From: Azolla caroliniana
Taxonomy: Eukaryota > Plantae > Polypodiophyta
Length of the DNA: 64,000 bases
Assembly: GCA_043228905.1 (NCBI GenBank)
Contig: JBHGNT010000018.1
Span: 14,632,001-14,696,000, forward strand
Reading direction: 5' to 3'
Shown piece by piece: positions 38,019-50,506 of this stretch. Under the pieces are notes generated by a model. It did not search any database, was not told the origin of the DNA, and saw only the letters and a program-made list of their open reading frames with translations. How positions within the stretch are numbered: the first letter of the stretch is position 1; each line of letters starts with the position of its first letter. The translations under genes and the position numbers were made by a program.

Positions 38019-39310
38019 ATTATAAATATTGTATTTTGTATCAAAATGTCAATCTGCGAATATGTATAAATATAAGTGGTAATCCTTTAGTAAATTTTGT
38101 ACACTCTTTTATATGATTTTAGTGTCTATTATTGAGGCATTTTTGTGCCTTTTTTTGATGGACAATTCTTAAAATGGGACATATTACCTGTTTCAAATGA
38201 CCCAGTGTTAGTTTGACTTGATAGGAACCTTAAGCTTACAATCGAAGAAGGAAATTAAGTAGGACATCATGGCATGTGTTAAACAAGAATGTAAGCTTGT
38301 TTTCCAATCACCAATCTAGGTCCCATTTCATATAATTGCCTAAGCTTTAAAATTGAAAGGAAATGAACCCAAGACACAAATTCCTTAACATGATCACAAT
38401 GCATAGGCACACTATAATTGACAACCGCTTGCAAACTATCGTTGGAAGATGCACTTAAAACCGCGAAACAAATCATATGAGCAAGTGAGAGGATGAATTA
38501 GTTCTATTGTTTTACAAGACAAGACAAGACAAGACAAGACAAATGGTGAAGTGCTTGTTGGATATCCCCTTTCACATTTAATCCAAAACCCAAACCATAG
38601 CAACTAAACATACTAAGAAATCAACCTATTTTTTTGCCCCTATCAAGGGTTACTACCCTAGTTGGTGGACCTGGAAGTCATGAGCAACGAATTTTGAAAA
38701 GAGATCAAATGTAGATACATACATTATAGCACATATTTTGTGAGACACAGGTGCATTCATTTGCTTCCGCATGTCTAAACGAGTGGATGAGTTAGACCTA
38801 ATGCTATAGTAGTGCATAATGAGTTAGTTTGTGATTCTATGGATTTGAGTTAATTAATGCTAATGCTAATGACTTGCTTCTTATATTTTGGGTATTGTGT
38901 GGATTGAGTAATGCATTGGTTTTACTAAAGCATTTGCAAATTATGGGCGGATCTTTCACACATATTGATTTTACGGATAAAATCCACAAACAAACACAAC
39001 ATGATATCTATATGCTGCCCGACCCAGCTAAGAAAGACTTGTAATGTAATGCACTTGGAATGAAAGATTAATAATGGGTGTGAGGAATCATCCATTCATA
39101 TAGATCCAGTAGTTATACAAGGCAAGACAAAGAGTAGCTTAGCGTGCTTACTTAACAAACATGAGTTTGTAAGTCACACAAAACCTTTATTTGGAGTGAA
39201 ACAAAAACTTAAGCATGAAATAGTGTGTGGAGATGTGTTTTATTTGGGTTGTAGCAGAGACCACGACAGTTTTGTGCATAAATATTTTTGCGAAATTATG
39301 ATTAACTTAG

Positions 39311-39697
39311 TTAATTCACATCCTTGCAACTGCCGCAGTAGTTGAGGGTGGTCTCGCAATTGTCGAAGGCATGGCTACCGCAGCGGCCACACGGCTGGTC
39401 GGTGTAGATGTGCAAGAAGAGCTGCTTGAGCTGGGCGCCCGTCTTCGATTCGTAGGTGCCATCGCATCGGAAGATGGCGGTGCAGTGGCCGGCCACGCGA
39501 GATGTGTACTGCGAGTACACGGTGCCATCGTCATAGCGGTTGATCGCGGCCGTGCAGTCGGACTTGCTCACCTGAGAGCTGCACAATGCGGAGCCCGAGC
39601 AGTTGTCGGAGTACGACTCCGCTTCCATAACTGCCAATATCCCAATGGCCACCACCACCATGACAAGCAACCCCACATGAGATCTTCCCCCCTCCAT
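39311..39697 (-). CDS. Secreted cysteine-rich KP4 killer-toxin-like protein (128 aa)
   Basis: Intact single-exon GC-rich ORF in AT-rich flanks. Hydrophobic signal peptide (VGLLVMVVVAIGILAVMEA); 10 Cys; NCSGSALC...PCGRCGS...TLNY parallels KP4 NCRGSSQC...CRVCGS...TVNY. Confidence 0.8.
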   Translation of the reverse strand: MEGGRSHVGLLVMVVVAIGILAVMEAESYSDNCSGSALCSSQVSKSDCTAAINRYDDGTVYSQYTSRVAGHCTAIFRCDGTYESKTGAQLKQLFLHIYTDQPCGRCGSHAFDNCETTLNYCGSCKDVN

Positions 39698-39810
39698 TCT
39701 CTTACAATCTTCTCCTCTTAACTTTAGTAGCTCCCTATTTTTGATTGATTGATTGATTGGTTATGTCACAAGAAGCAGATGGTTAATATGCAGAAGCTTC
39801 TGCCTCCACC

Positions 39811-39819
39811 TATATATAT
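39811..39819 (-). promoter_or_regulatory. Putative TATA box of the KP4-like gene
   Basis: TATATATA tract ~115 bp upstream of the ATG at 39697. Confidence 0.45.
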
Positions 39820-39856
39820 GTGTGTGTGTGTATGCACATTGAATGAATAAAAGATT

Positions 39857-39905
39857 ATACATACATACATACATACATACATACATACATACATACATAC
39901 ATACA
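39857..39905. repeat. (ATAC)n microsatellite upstream of the KP4-like gene
   Basis: About 12 direct ATAC units. Confidence 0.9.
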
Positions 39906-42199
39906 TGCATGCATGCATGCATACCTACGTGATGATGCAGTAGCAATGAAGGAAGTAGGAGGCGTGAGAATGCGGAACTCAAATTCATGCTGCACTTGGA
40001 TAATGATTGATGATTGATGATGACTGTATTTTATCATATGATATTGATTGATCTGAGGGAACGTGTGTTTCTTGTGTTGTGTAGTGTAGTGTAGTGTGAG
40101 CCCCACAAGCACAAAAAAAGAAGGGAAACCAGAGTTTGGAGTTAAGAGTTTGAGTTGGATGGATAGATGGGGGCCTCCGTGACTTTATGTTGGAGCATAC
40201 ATGTGTCTCTTACAACCTCGCGCACACCTTCACTACCAATCTACCTCACACCTCTCTCATACTGCTCTATCATCACTCTAGGGTTATAGATATATCCATT
40301 GAAATTTCACACACATGCACACACTCGACACACTCACATCCACATTGTTCTCGGAGAGTAAACCACGCCACGCCATTCATGACACCACGACTTCTTGTCG
40401 TTTCCTCATTAATCACACATTTCAGACGTCCTTTTGTTGCCTAAGTCTACTTACATTTGTAGGCTTATGTGTATTACGACTTGCAAGAGGAAATGCTCCC
40501 TTTGTATACACACATGGACACCGGATGATTCTAAGACGAACTTGAATTGCTCTCCACGTGGAATTGCAAATTCCACGATACACCTCCAATTCAAAACATT
40601 CAAAATTTTGCTTTACATTCATTATATTTGTATTTTTGATAGTGGGCATCTACAATGATTAATGTCATTAATAATTTGTTGATTTGAAACTTTGTGATCA
40701 AAATCAAACACACTGCCTCACACATTTTCAATTTGAAGAAAAAGCAAGCTTACTTTTGGAAATTTTAATATATTTATTAAGAAGTTAGGCGCTGGAAACG
40801 CATATAGCACATCCAATAACCTAATCAACAAAACTCCTTAATAAAGCGATATCACTACAAATTTAGAGGGCATTTTGTTAAGAAAATGTACAAACTATGC
40901 CTAAGCTTTCATGAAACTCCTGAGAATACTTCGTCCCTGCATTTTCTTTCTCTCTCCATGTGGTGCCTATAAATACAAAGAGATATTATGAATTATCTAA
41001 CTTAGTGACACCACATGAGAGCAAAAAGTTGTAAAGGATTTTGGAAAGAGAGACTACAAATTCTTTGGAGACAATGTTTTTGAAAATTCATGAAATATAC
41101 TATGTCATTGGAAAGGTAACTATAACAATTTAAGGAAGGCGAGGGACATCTTTCCAAGACAGGGTGTGAAAAAAACCATCAATTCTTCCTGTAAGTTGGA
41201 GGCCGTAAGGTGGTTTGGTAGAAAAATATAAACATCTTCGTGCTTTGTCATGCTTATATCAAACTTCGTGTCCTTATAAATTGTATCTAGCTTGGACATT
41301 GTCTGATCAACCTCTTTAGAGGCTGAGGAACGCCTCCCCTTTTTTTGTGTCCAATGTGATGCTAATACATTCACACCAATTTGCATTGCATCTGTGTCTG
41401 TCACTCCAGAACACATCAATCAATTGATGGAGTTGTGTGATATCGTTGTGCCACGGATCCAAACGGTTGATTGGTAGGGCTTTTCGTCATATGGTGTCAA
41501 TTAGCAATTTGGTCGGGCAGTTCAGGATTTTGTGTGCGTGTGTGTGGGGGGGGGGAGGGGGAGTATGGGGTGGTGAAGAAGTGTGGGGAGATGGGGCTGG
41601 AAGTGGTGTGAGATGTTTCATGAAGGCCAAATGGTGTTGGTGATATGAGGGCATCGTCGAGGTGGGCTGAAGCAAGTGTGTGAGGATGATGTGGGGAATC
41701 ATGTGGTGGGAGGTGTCGGTTGGGGTTTTCTTCGAACATGGGGTGGGGGGGGAATTGGGGATGTTATACTTGCTAAGTGGGTGATTACAGAGGAACCGAG
41801 TACGCGGAGGGATGTCGCCTTCAACCATGGTCGGGGCTTTGTGTTAGAATATTGTTAATGTGAGCAATAATATTTAGAATATTATAATTATATTAGAGGG
41901 CACTTTACCATGAATCAAGAATCGCGAGGGTTCACATGTAACCGTTCATTCCAAGAACAATGAAGGTTCACATGTAACTATTTTCCAAGATTGTACCAAT
42001 ATATACCTTCAATAAGAATCATCATGAGTCAGGGTGTGTATACAAATCAAATTTGTGCTATCTCTAATTACTTACATGGTATCACAGCCAAAACAATCGT
42101 AGACATCCATCTTTCTCCATGCATACTCTACAGGTCAATCTGGAATGTTTGTACAACTGACTTCAAGCGAAGGAACATCAACAACCTCAACCACAACAT

Positions 42200-43630
42200 T
42201 AGCAACACCTATGACAAGAAAGTACTTAGTTGAATACTTAAATGCAAACAACTATAGGATATGGAAATTAAAGATGGAACTCATCGTACAAGTAATGGAC
42301 TTGCTTGGAATAATCAAAGGTGTAATCAAGCCACCAAGCACAAAACCTAAAGTAGAAAGCGTTGGAGCCGACACACAAGGATTTCCCGACATGGGAGAAG
42401 GTAGAAAGTAAGGTGCTTACTATCTAGCATCTCTTATGCAAGATCGAATGCACAGCTACATTAGAGATGCAAAGACGCAGACAGAGGTTTTGGGAAAATC
42501 TGAAAAAGATTTTCACCGCAAGCATCACACGGCTAGGAAGTTGCAACAGAGGCAAGAGCTCAACAATATCCGTCAGAAGGATATGTTAGTGGCCAACTGT
42601 ACCACCAAGATTAAGGAGATTTGCGATTCATTGGGCTCCATCAACGTAACATTGGAGGAAGATGAAATGGTGTAGGTATGGCTGGGAGTTTTAGCACAGA
42701 AGTACGGGCCAATGAGAACGGCCCTTTGCATTAGAGAGAAGCCACCCTCCATCTTCGACTTGCAATCTATGCTATTGGTTGAAGAAAACCACATAGGGAT
42801 GATGAGGAGTGCACACTGACAGCCAAATCTTGTTGTACATGGAAGCAAGTCGGACCCATGGTCGTCGTAGGAGAGGCGGGTTGCGCAAAAGTTTACGTGT
42901 GTGGAAGCTTATGCGAAACACATAACATAGTCGTTTATCCGGAAAGCAACAATTAGGTATATGTAGAGAATGGAGATACACAATGTGAGAGAGACAGGGG
43001 CAAAGTTGAGCAGACAACACAACCACTTAAATCAAAATAAGAACACTCTGTACATGCAATATGCTCAGTGAGCACTACTTATACAAGTCTTCAAACGGAC
43101 TGACAGAAGTATCGATAAGTATTTCAATGCTCATAAATGAGCTAGTGACACTTACACCTAAAATATTCCTACGAGGATATAGGTCCTAATGGCATGTCGG
43201 CTCCCCGCCGATCCAGGCTTCTTCAGCCGGTTCTGGGCTTCTTTAGCCGATCAGCCCAAGTTGAGCTTGCTTGCTCATTACTCCCCCCTCAATCTCAACT
43301 TGAGGTTCTCCATTAGCTCCAATTGGTTGACCGCTCTAGTTTCTCCTAGCTTCATGCCTCCTAGCTCGTGCTCTTCAACCCGTTCGTCCGGTGCTCCTTG
43401 ACCTACTCTATCAGCTTGTCTATTGCTAAGGCCTTCGTCGGCCTTCTTCTTGCGTCTGCAACTTTGGCGCCCCTCAATCTATCAGCTCTCCTGCCTTGGC
43501 ATCGTCTTGGCCTGCCTTCTCGTCGATCAAGCCTTCATATGATTCGGCTCCCCCAAATCAAACTCCTTGATCGAATCAAACTCGCTGATCAGCCCAAGTT
43601 GAGCTTGCTCGGTCAACACTCCCCCCTCAA
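42200..43630. mobile_element. Copia C2 debris: gag fragment (+), then minus-strand LTR/PPT pieces
   Basis: LNANNYRIWKLKME and RQELNNIRQKD...SINVTLEEDEMV gag fragments; LTR-like ~42885-43280 with PPT at 43281; second LTR edge and PPT at ~43585-43630. Confidence 0.7.
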
Positions 43631-46600
43631 GCTCATTCTCCGTGAACTCCAATTGCTCGACCATAGCGGATTTCAGTCTATGTGTCCTGAGTTTACGACG
43701 GAACCTTATACGGGCCCCGACAGATGAAGAGGCCAAGGAAACGCTTTTGGTAGCCGTAGGACGACCTACCAGGACGACGCTGAACATGCATAGTCTGAAA
43801 GGGGAGACGTCAGATATGGTCATCGAGTGAGCATTACAACTCAAGTTAGAGGAGGAAGATGAAGGACTATCCATGGCATCGCTACGGCAGGCGTTACTCT
43901 GGGCATTCCACGGTCGAATGTAATATGAGAATACATTACCCCATTTGCCACTCACAGGCACACACGGTGGATCAATGTGAGTACAATATGTTGAACATGC
44001 CCACACCTATAGTACGCCGTATGGAGCCACAACGGTAATTTTGGAGGAATGACCAAGGCCGGCAAGAAGAGCGTCCCCGGTATACGGACCAAAATCAAAG
44101 AATGGCGCGCCAATACCATCACCGTCGTAACAACAACCCGTATTCCAACGAAGAAGAGCAGGAAGAGGAAGAATACTAGAATACCAACCGTTACAATGGG
44201 GGGGGGGGGGGGGGGAGACGTTGCTATGACAATCGACGACCTACGAACAATCCTAGAGGATTCAAAGAACCTCATCCAAATGGTAACAATTGTTAGCCTA
44301 GGAACCAACGCCGTTACGAAGAGAGTTCAGAAGATGAACAATGCCAAAGTCGCGCCGAGAATATCGTCAACAACCCTGGAATAACAATCGAAGCAAACCC
44401 GGGAAGAGCAAGTTGTACTGGTAGAAACCAATAGACCACCGGTTGTAGAGAGAGGGGAGTCAAGCGTACATTGTTTCAAGTGCCAACAGCCCGGTCATTA
44501 CGCAACGCAGTGTTCGTATCACAAAGGTAAGGAACCAACTATAAATAAAATCACGGCAGAAGTCCAGTAGGTCACAACACGGCAACAGGCAAAAAACACA
44601 AAATGGGCAGAACAAGATGAGATACACAAAGCAGCCTAGGCTTGGGTAGAAAAACCAAATGCGGAGCATATGAAACAAGAATCAGCGAACGCCAGCTTGC
44701 AAACGGACAATAACGCATTGGCACCAGACCGCATATGGCAAGCATTGGCTGACTGTGAAATAACGTTGACCATGGATAAGCTCCTCTACTTGGTTCCACG
44801 ATTCTGACAGGTGGTAGACAATCATATACGAGGCACAACCGGATTAGATATCTCAGCCAATTTTGCGGAGTCTGGTACCGGCCCAACAGTAGTAGATCAC
44901 CACAATCCAACCATTAAATTGGTACTGAAGGGTCAAGAAATATCGGGATGCATCATCGATAGGGGGTCCGGAGTAAACGTCATTGTACAAGCACGTATAC
45001 TCAACTGGGCATTACAAATTGGGAAGCATGCCCTTTTTGGCTCCGTATGGCGGACACCTGTACCGTCAGGCCCCTCGGGTTAATTCGGAAATTAGGAATT
45101 GTTGTCGGAGGCCATCACTTTGACTTCTCTGCGGTAGTGCTCGCATTAGACGCTTCGGGAGCGTATCCGATTTTGTTGGGCAAACCATGGTTACACTCTG
45201 CCAACATCAAGTAGAATTGGCAGCATAATTGTATTAGTTTTCGACGAGGACGCAACAAAGTCCGTGTACCTACATAGGAAACGTCGGTCCCAACCAAGGG
45301 TATAACGCCATTATACGCCGAAGATATTAATATGCTTGAAGGATAGGATGATACTGAACTGGAGGCATACCTCGATGAAAACCCGCAGATCGTGCCATTA
45401 TTCGAAATTGACGTCATGGAAACCACTGCGGAGTACACCCCAACAAGTACGATTCAAGAAGAGGAGTACGAGACTGATCCTCAGTCAATAATAGAGCTAA
45501 GTAGGGCACGAGAAGCATTCAAAAAAGAAATGGAAATCTCGCGTCGAGTCACCGCTTCTGCATTAGAAGAAGCCAACATCAGAACTACGGAGGTGCCACG
45601 ACTACTCTCAATTGCTAGGGACCTGACCTCAAGTAAGAAGACGGTAATGACAAAACTGCTCCGAGAATATAAGGATGTTTTTGCATGGTCACACAAGGAC
45701 ATGAAAGGGTTGGATCCGAAATTTTATTAGTACATGATCAAATTGTCCACCGATGCGAAACCTGTGCAGTAGCGATGCTATGGAATGAACTCGAATTACA
45801 CAGCTGGCGTAAAAGAAGAAATTGACAAACTGTTGAAAGCAAGGTTCATTCGGCTGGTAAAACAAGCCACATGGCTGAGTCCAATTGTCGTGGTGCTAAA
45901 GAAAAGTGGGAAAATATGTAGTGAATATGCGGAATAATGCTCGGCCACAACCAAGTCTTCAATCACTTCGTTGAGAATTACAAACACAGAAATGGGAATG
46001 TGGAGATAGATGCACATATACACAAAACATTGTAAGCAAGAGAATACACAAGATATTAACGTGGAAAACCCTGAGAGGGAAAAACCACGGGAGCCCACAG
46101 ACCCCAAACTATCACTATGTCAAAAGAATACAACAGAGGGGCATAGAGACAACGACCTCGTGCTCACTCTATTCGCCTGACGGCGGTTACAACAGAGAAT
46201 CACTCTGTGTGTCTCTTTCTCTCTCTGTTACGTTCTGTACAACAGTTACTCATACAATAACTCTATACAACGATAATGACAACAACCACGCACACTGTTT
46301 GCCCTAGCTCATATTTATACTAAAATGATTTTCAGGCTATTTACAAATATAGCCCTAGTGGGCTCTCTAGAACATTTTTACATATATGTCCCTTCATCCG
46401 GTGAGAGGTTCTCAATGGGCCTACAACATCTGGTTCTCACTGGGTGTTCCTTGCCGGGTACTCATCATCCGGTTCACACCGGGCCTTCATCATCCCATCC
46501 GGAGGGACCGAAATCCTAACAAACTCCCCCTTCACTCCAGCATGGGATGTCTGGTTAGTCCAATTCACTTTCGGCATGCGTCCAGCTTGTTGAGCGTCAG

Positions 46601-47029
46601 CACCTTGGTCGGCATATCCGACCCGTTCTCCTCCGTGTGGATCTTCGTCAGCACGAACTCTCGGTCTTCTACTCGCTCTCGAATCCAGTGGTACCTCCGC
46701 TGGATGTGCTTTGTCCTAGAATGATACACTGCATTCCTCACAAGGTGGATGACACTTTGATTGTCGCAATAGAGCCAGTATTCCTCTTGCCGGATCCCAA
46801 GCTCTTCGATGAAGTCCTTCATGATAGTATTTCCTTGCCGGCTTCCACAACCGTCATGTACTCCGCCTCCGTGGTTGACAACGCAATCGTCTTTTGCAGC
46901 CTCAACTGCCACGAAACAGCTCCCCCTGCATATGTCTTAACATATCCTGATGTGGACCGGCTGGTATCTGCATCAGCCGACATATCTGTTGGGAAACAAG
47001 TCCCTCCGGATATTAAGCGAGAAGAACAG

Positions 47030-47340
47030 AACCGGATGAGGAGTACCCGGTTACGGAGAACCGGATGCTACAGGCCCGGTGAGAACCGGAAGAGGAGTAC
47101 CCGGCTATGGAGAGCCGGATGGTGTAGACCCGGTATGAACTGGATGAGGAGTACCCGGCTACAGAGAGCCGGATGATACAGGCCCGGTGAGAACCAGAAG
47201 AGGAGTACCCGGCTACGGAGAGCCGGATGGTGCAGGTACCCGGCTACGGAGAGCCAGATGATACAGGCCCGGTGAGAACCGGATGAGGAGCACCCGGCTA
47301 CGGAGAGCTGGATGACGCAGACCCGGTGAGAACCAAAGGA
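47030..47340 (+). repeat. CCGG-rich minisatellite in the copia 5' LTR (shorter array in the 3' LTR, ~51520-51715)
   Basis: Recurring GAGGAGTACCCGGCTACGGAGAGCCGGATG units. The 5' LTR is 829 bp and the 3' LTR 701 bp, mostly from copy number. Confidence 0.85.
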
Positions 47341-47502
47341 AGAGACATATTCGTAAATATGTTTCTGAGGGCCCATCGAGGCTATATTTGTAAATAGCCG
47401 AAAAGTCATATTAGTATAAATATGACTTAGGGCAAACTTTTAGATATAGTTGGTTGTTGTCATTTTCTTGTTGGTGCAAGAAGAAGAGAGTGTGTGTAAC
47501 TG

Positions 47503-47541
<39 letters not shown>

Positions 47542-47845
47542 GAGGTCGTTGCCTCTGTTGTAACTGCCGCCTGTGCCGAAGATCGTGAGCACGAGGTTGT
47601 TGCCTCCGTGAACTCACTGTTTTTTACATTCTTACATAGTGACAGTTTGCAACCCGTGGGCTGCCGTGGTTTTTCCCCTAGTTTGGGGTTTTCCACGTAA
47701 ACCTCCTGTGTATCTTTCTCCTCTTTGTGTCGTGTTCTATTTCCCGTTTTCTGTTTATGAAAAGAATCTCGGTTGTGGCCGAGCTTTGTGCATAAGCAAT
47801 GTTGGGTTCCCGTCAAGTGGTATCAGAGCGAAATCGACACAGAAA

Positions 47846-50506
47846 ATGGACGAATCATTTGGCGGCATGTTCAAGCTCACCGGCTCCAACTATTCAGTGT
47901 GGAAGTCGAAGATGAGGGACATGCTCGTAGTTAAAGACCTCTGGCTGCCGGTTCAGTTCGGGGACAAGAGACCGGACAAAATCGACGCCGCGATATGGGA
48001 GGTGATGCACATGAAGACAACGGCGTACATACGGTGCTTCATCGACATGAGCCTATACAACAACTTCAATGAAGAGAGCAAGGCTCATGAGCTCTGGGAG
48101 AAGATCGACATAATGTTCCAGAACAAAAACGTTGTCAATCAGGTGTCGGTATTCCGGAAACTAGTAAGACTCTGGTACCAAGATGGCTCCAGCATGGCGG
48201 AGCACATGAATGCCTTCCAGGGGCTGATACACCAGGCAACGTCATTGGAAGTACCTCTTGCCGATGAGGTACTAGCGCTACTCCTGCTCGGTGCCCTCCC
48301 GGATAGCTGGGAGACGTTGGTTGTCACTTTGGGCAACGCCGGGCCGGAAGGAAAACGGTTATCCCTAGCAAGAGTAAAGTCGAGCTTGCTAGATGAGGAG
48401 GCGCGTCGGAAGGATAAAGATACGAGCTCCGACTCCAAAGCGCTCCTTACCGAATCGGAACACGGAAGACATAGAAACCGTAGTCCCCAGAACCGGGAGA
48501 AGTCGGGGACACGGTCAAAGTCAAGGGGGAGGCCTACTTGCTTCTATTGCGGCAAGTCGGGACACTTCCAAAAGAACTGTCGGCATTTCCGTAAAGACAA
48601 GGAAACCGACGGTACCGATTCGAAGCAAACCCCGGACCGGAACGGTAAAGACCAGAGGGGGCCGGACCGGAAGGGAACGACGGCAATCGCGGCAAGTGAA
48701 GAAGAGTTGATGCTCATCACCGAGGAGAGTGAAATAAACCTTGCCGGCGACGAGATGACCTGGGTGGTAGACTCCGGAGCGTCGTTCCACCTTACCCCGG
48801 ACCGGAAATGCTTCGCATCCTACTCAGCCGGTGACCACGGCTGTGTCCGGATGGGGAATGAAGGTACATGCCGAATTATCGGCATAGGAGACGTGTGGCT
48901 GTCAACACCAACCGGATGCAAGTTGCTGCTGAAGAATGTCCGACACGTTCCGGAAGTTCGTCTGAACTTGATATCAGCCGGTCGGCTAGATGATGAAGGC
49001 TACACGGGTAGCATCCGGAACGGTGTCATGAAGTTCAGCAAAGGGAGCCTGATTGTGGCTCGGGCCCGGAATGTAAACATGTTGTACCTGATGAATGCCC
49101 GGTTATGTCCGGAAGAAGTGAACGTGGCATCCGACACTGCCGGTGAGCTGTGGCACAAGAGGCTGTGTCACATGAGCAAGAAGGGGATGAAGAGGCTTGC
49201 AGACGACAACCTCATTCCAGTGAAGAACGTGCACTTAGAGAAGTGCACTAATTGTCTGGCCGGTAAGCAGAACCGGACCTCCTTCCGACCAAGGCCACCG
49301 ATGAGACGTAATGCACCACTGGAGTTGGTGCATACGGATGTGTGTCAAGTAGACACGAAGTCACATGCCGGAGCGCAGTACTTCGTGACGTTCATAGATG
49401 ACCACAGCCGGAAGCTGTGGGCCACACCGCTAAAGACGAAGGATCAGGTGTTATCCGTCTTCAAAGAGCTCCACGCGAGAGTTGAAAGAGAAACCGGTCG
49501 GAAGCTGAAGGCGGTTCGAGCAGATAAGGGAGGAGAGTACCGGGGGCAGTTCGAGGAGTACTGCCGCTCAAAGGGAATCCAACTCGAATTTACCGTGCCG
49601 AAGACGCTGGAACTAAACGGACTGGCCGAGAGGATGAACCGGACCATAATGGAGAGGGTCCGGAGTATGTTAGCGCATGCAAAACTACCCAAGAAGTTTT
49701 GGGCTGAGGCACTGTCGACGGCGACATACGTGATAAATAGATCACCCTCAGTACCCTTGGACGAAGACACGCCACAGAGAGTATGGACCGGTAAGGAAGT
49801 ATCCTACCGGCATCTGAAGGTGTTCGGGTGTCTCGCATACGTGCATGTAGCTAAGGACCGGAGAGGAAAGTTAGATCCAAAGACCCGGCCATGCATATTC
49901 CTCGGTTACGGTGACGATGAGTTCGGCTACCGAGTGTGGGACCTGGTCGACAAGAAGGTATTCCGGAGTCGAGATATTATCTTCATGGAGAACAAGACGC
50001 TCATTGACTGGGAGTCGGAGAAGAAGATAATGAATTCTGAGTCGACCAGTAAGGATAGACTCTACGATGAGCAGACCCAACCGGCAAGAGACCAGTTAGC
50101 ACTCGAGGAGCCAGCCGGTTACGGTGAGGATACCGAACCGGCAGATGAAGAGGTAGAGGAAGCTGAGACCGGAACCAGCCAAGACCCTGAATCGGATTCG
50201 GATGAAGAGCAAACGGAGGAGCCGGTTACCGAAGCCCGAAGACGGAGATATCCTCTCAGAGAGAGAAGGGCGCCCCGGAGATTTCCGGATGCAGAGCATG
50301 TTCTGTTGACCGATGAGGGGGAGCCGGAAAGCTTCGAAGAAGTGAAGGAAGACGCCCACAGCCGAAAATGGTTAAGTGCCATGCAGGACGAGATGGATTC
50401 CCTGCATGAGAACCATACATACGAATTGGTGGAGTTGCCGAAAGGAAAGCGGGCACTCCAAAACAAGTGGGTGTACAAGTGGATGTACAAGTGGATGACA
50501 TGTTGA
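47846..50506 (+). CDS. Copia gag-protease-integrase ORF, truncated in RT by a deletion and frameshift
   Basis: Open frame from MDESFGGMFKLTGSNYSVWK through CFYCGKSGHFQKNC, WVVDSGASFH, LWHKRLCH and integrase (VHTDVC, RADKGGEY, NGLAERMN) to the RT start KWVYK. The remaining RT and RNase H are in 50467-51060 and 51057-51530. Confidence 0.88.
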   Translation: MDESFGGMFKLTGSNYSVWKSKMRDMLVVKDLWLPVQFGDKRPDKIDAAIWEVMHMKTTAYIRCFIDMSLYNNFNEESKAHELWEKIDIMFQNKNVVNQVSVFRKLVRLWYQDGSSMAEHMNAFQGLIHQATSLEVPLADEVLALLLLGALPDSWETLVVTLGNAGPEGKRLSLARVKSSLLDEEARRKDKDTSSDSKALLTESEHGRHRNRSPQNREKSGTRSKSRGRPTCFYCGKSGHFQKNCRHFRKDKETDGTDSKQTPDRNGKDQRGPDRKGTTAIAASEEELMLITEESEINLAGDEMTWVVDSGASFHLTPDRKCFASYSAGDHGCVRMGNEGTCRIIGIGDVWLSTPTGCKLLLKNVRHVPEVRLNLISAGRLDDEGYTGSIRNGVMKFSKGSLIVARARNVNMLYLMNARLCPEEVNVASDTAGELWHKRLCHMSKKGMKRLADDNLIPVKNVHLEKCTNCLAGKQNRTSFRPRPPMRRNAPLELVHTDVCQVDTKSHAGAQYFVTFIDDHSRKLWATPLKTKDQVLSVFKELHARVERETGRKLKAVRADKGGEYRGQFEEYCRSKGIQLEFTVPKTLELNGLAERMNRTIMERVRSMLAHAKLPKKFWAEALSTATYVINRSPSVPLDEDTPQRVWTGKEVSYRHLKVFGCLAYVHVAKDRRGKLDPKTRPCIFLGYGDDEFGYRVWDLVDKKVFRSRDIIFMENKTLIDWESEKKIMNSESTSKDRLYDEQTQPARDQLALEEPAGYGEDTEPADEEVEEAETGTSQDPESDSDEEQTEEPVTEARRRRYPLRERRAPRRFPDAEHVLLTDEGEPESFEEVKEDAHSRKWLSAMQDEMDSLHENHTYELVELPKGKRALQNKWVYKWMYKWMTC

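Larger units (their letters stand above)
20275..38207. mobile_element. Decayed cut-and-paste DNA transposon (Sola/DUF7869-like transposase plus ParB-methyltransferase cargo), interrupted by copia 22457-33475
   Basis: Transposase on + (35493-38018) and a divergent cargo gene on -. Inverted-repeat remnant AGGTAATATGTCGCATT (20276-20292) matches the reverse complement of AATGGGACATATTACCT (38173-38189) at 16/17. No TSD found, so the ends are tentative. Confidence 0.6.

Noticed and set aside
39371-39721. 116-aa plus-strand ORF
   Set aside because: Antisense shadow of the GC-rich KP4-like CDS, with no recognisable motifs.
41120-41419. 99-aa ORF as a possible host exon
   Set aside because: No recognisable domain or supportable splice structure.
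47030-47340. Regular repeats superficially like a CRISPR array
   Set aside because: The intervening sequences are themselves repeated, the array lies inside a copia LTR and recurs in the 3' LTR, there are no cas genes, and the context is eukaryotic.
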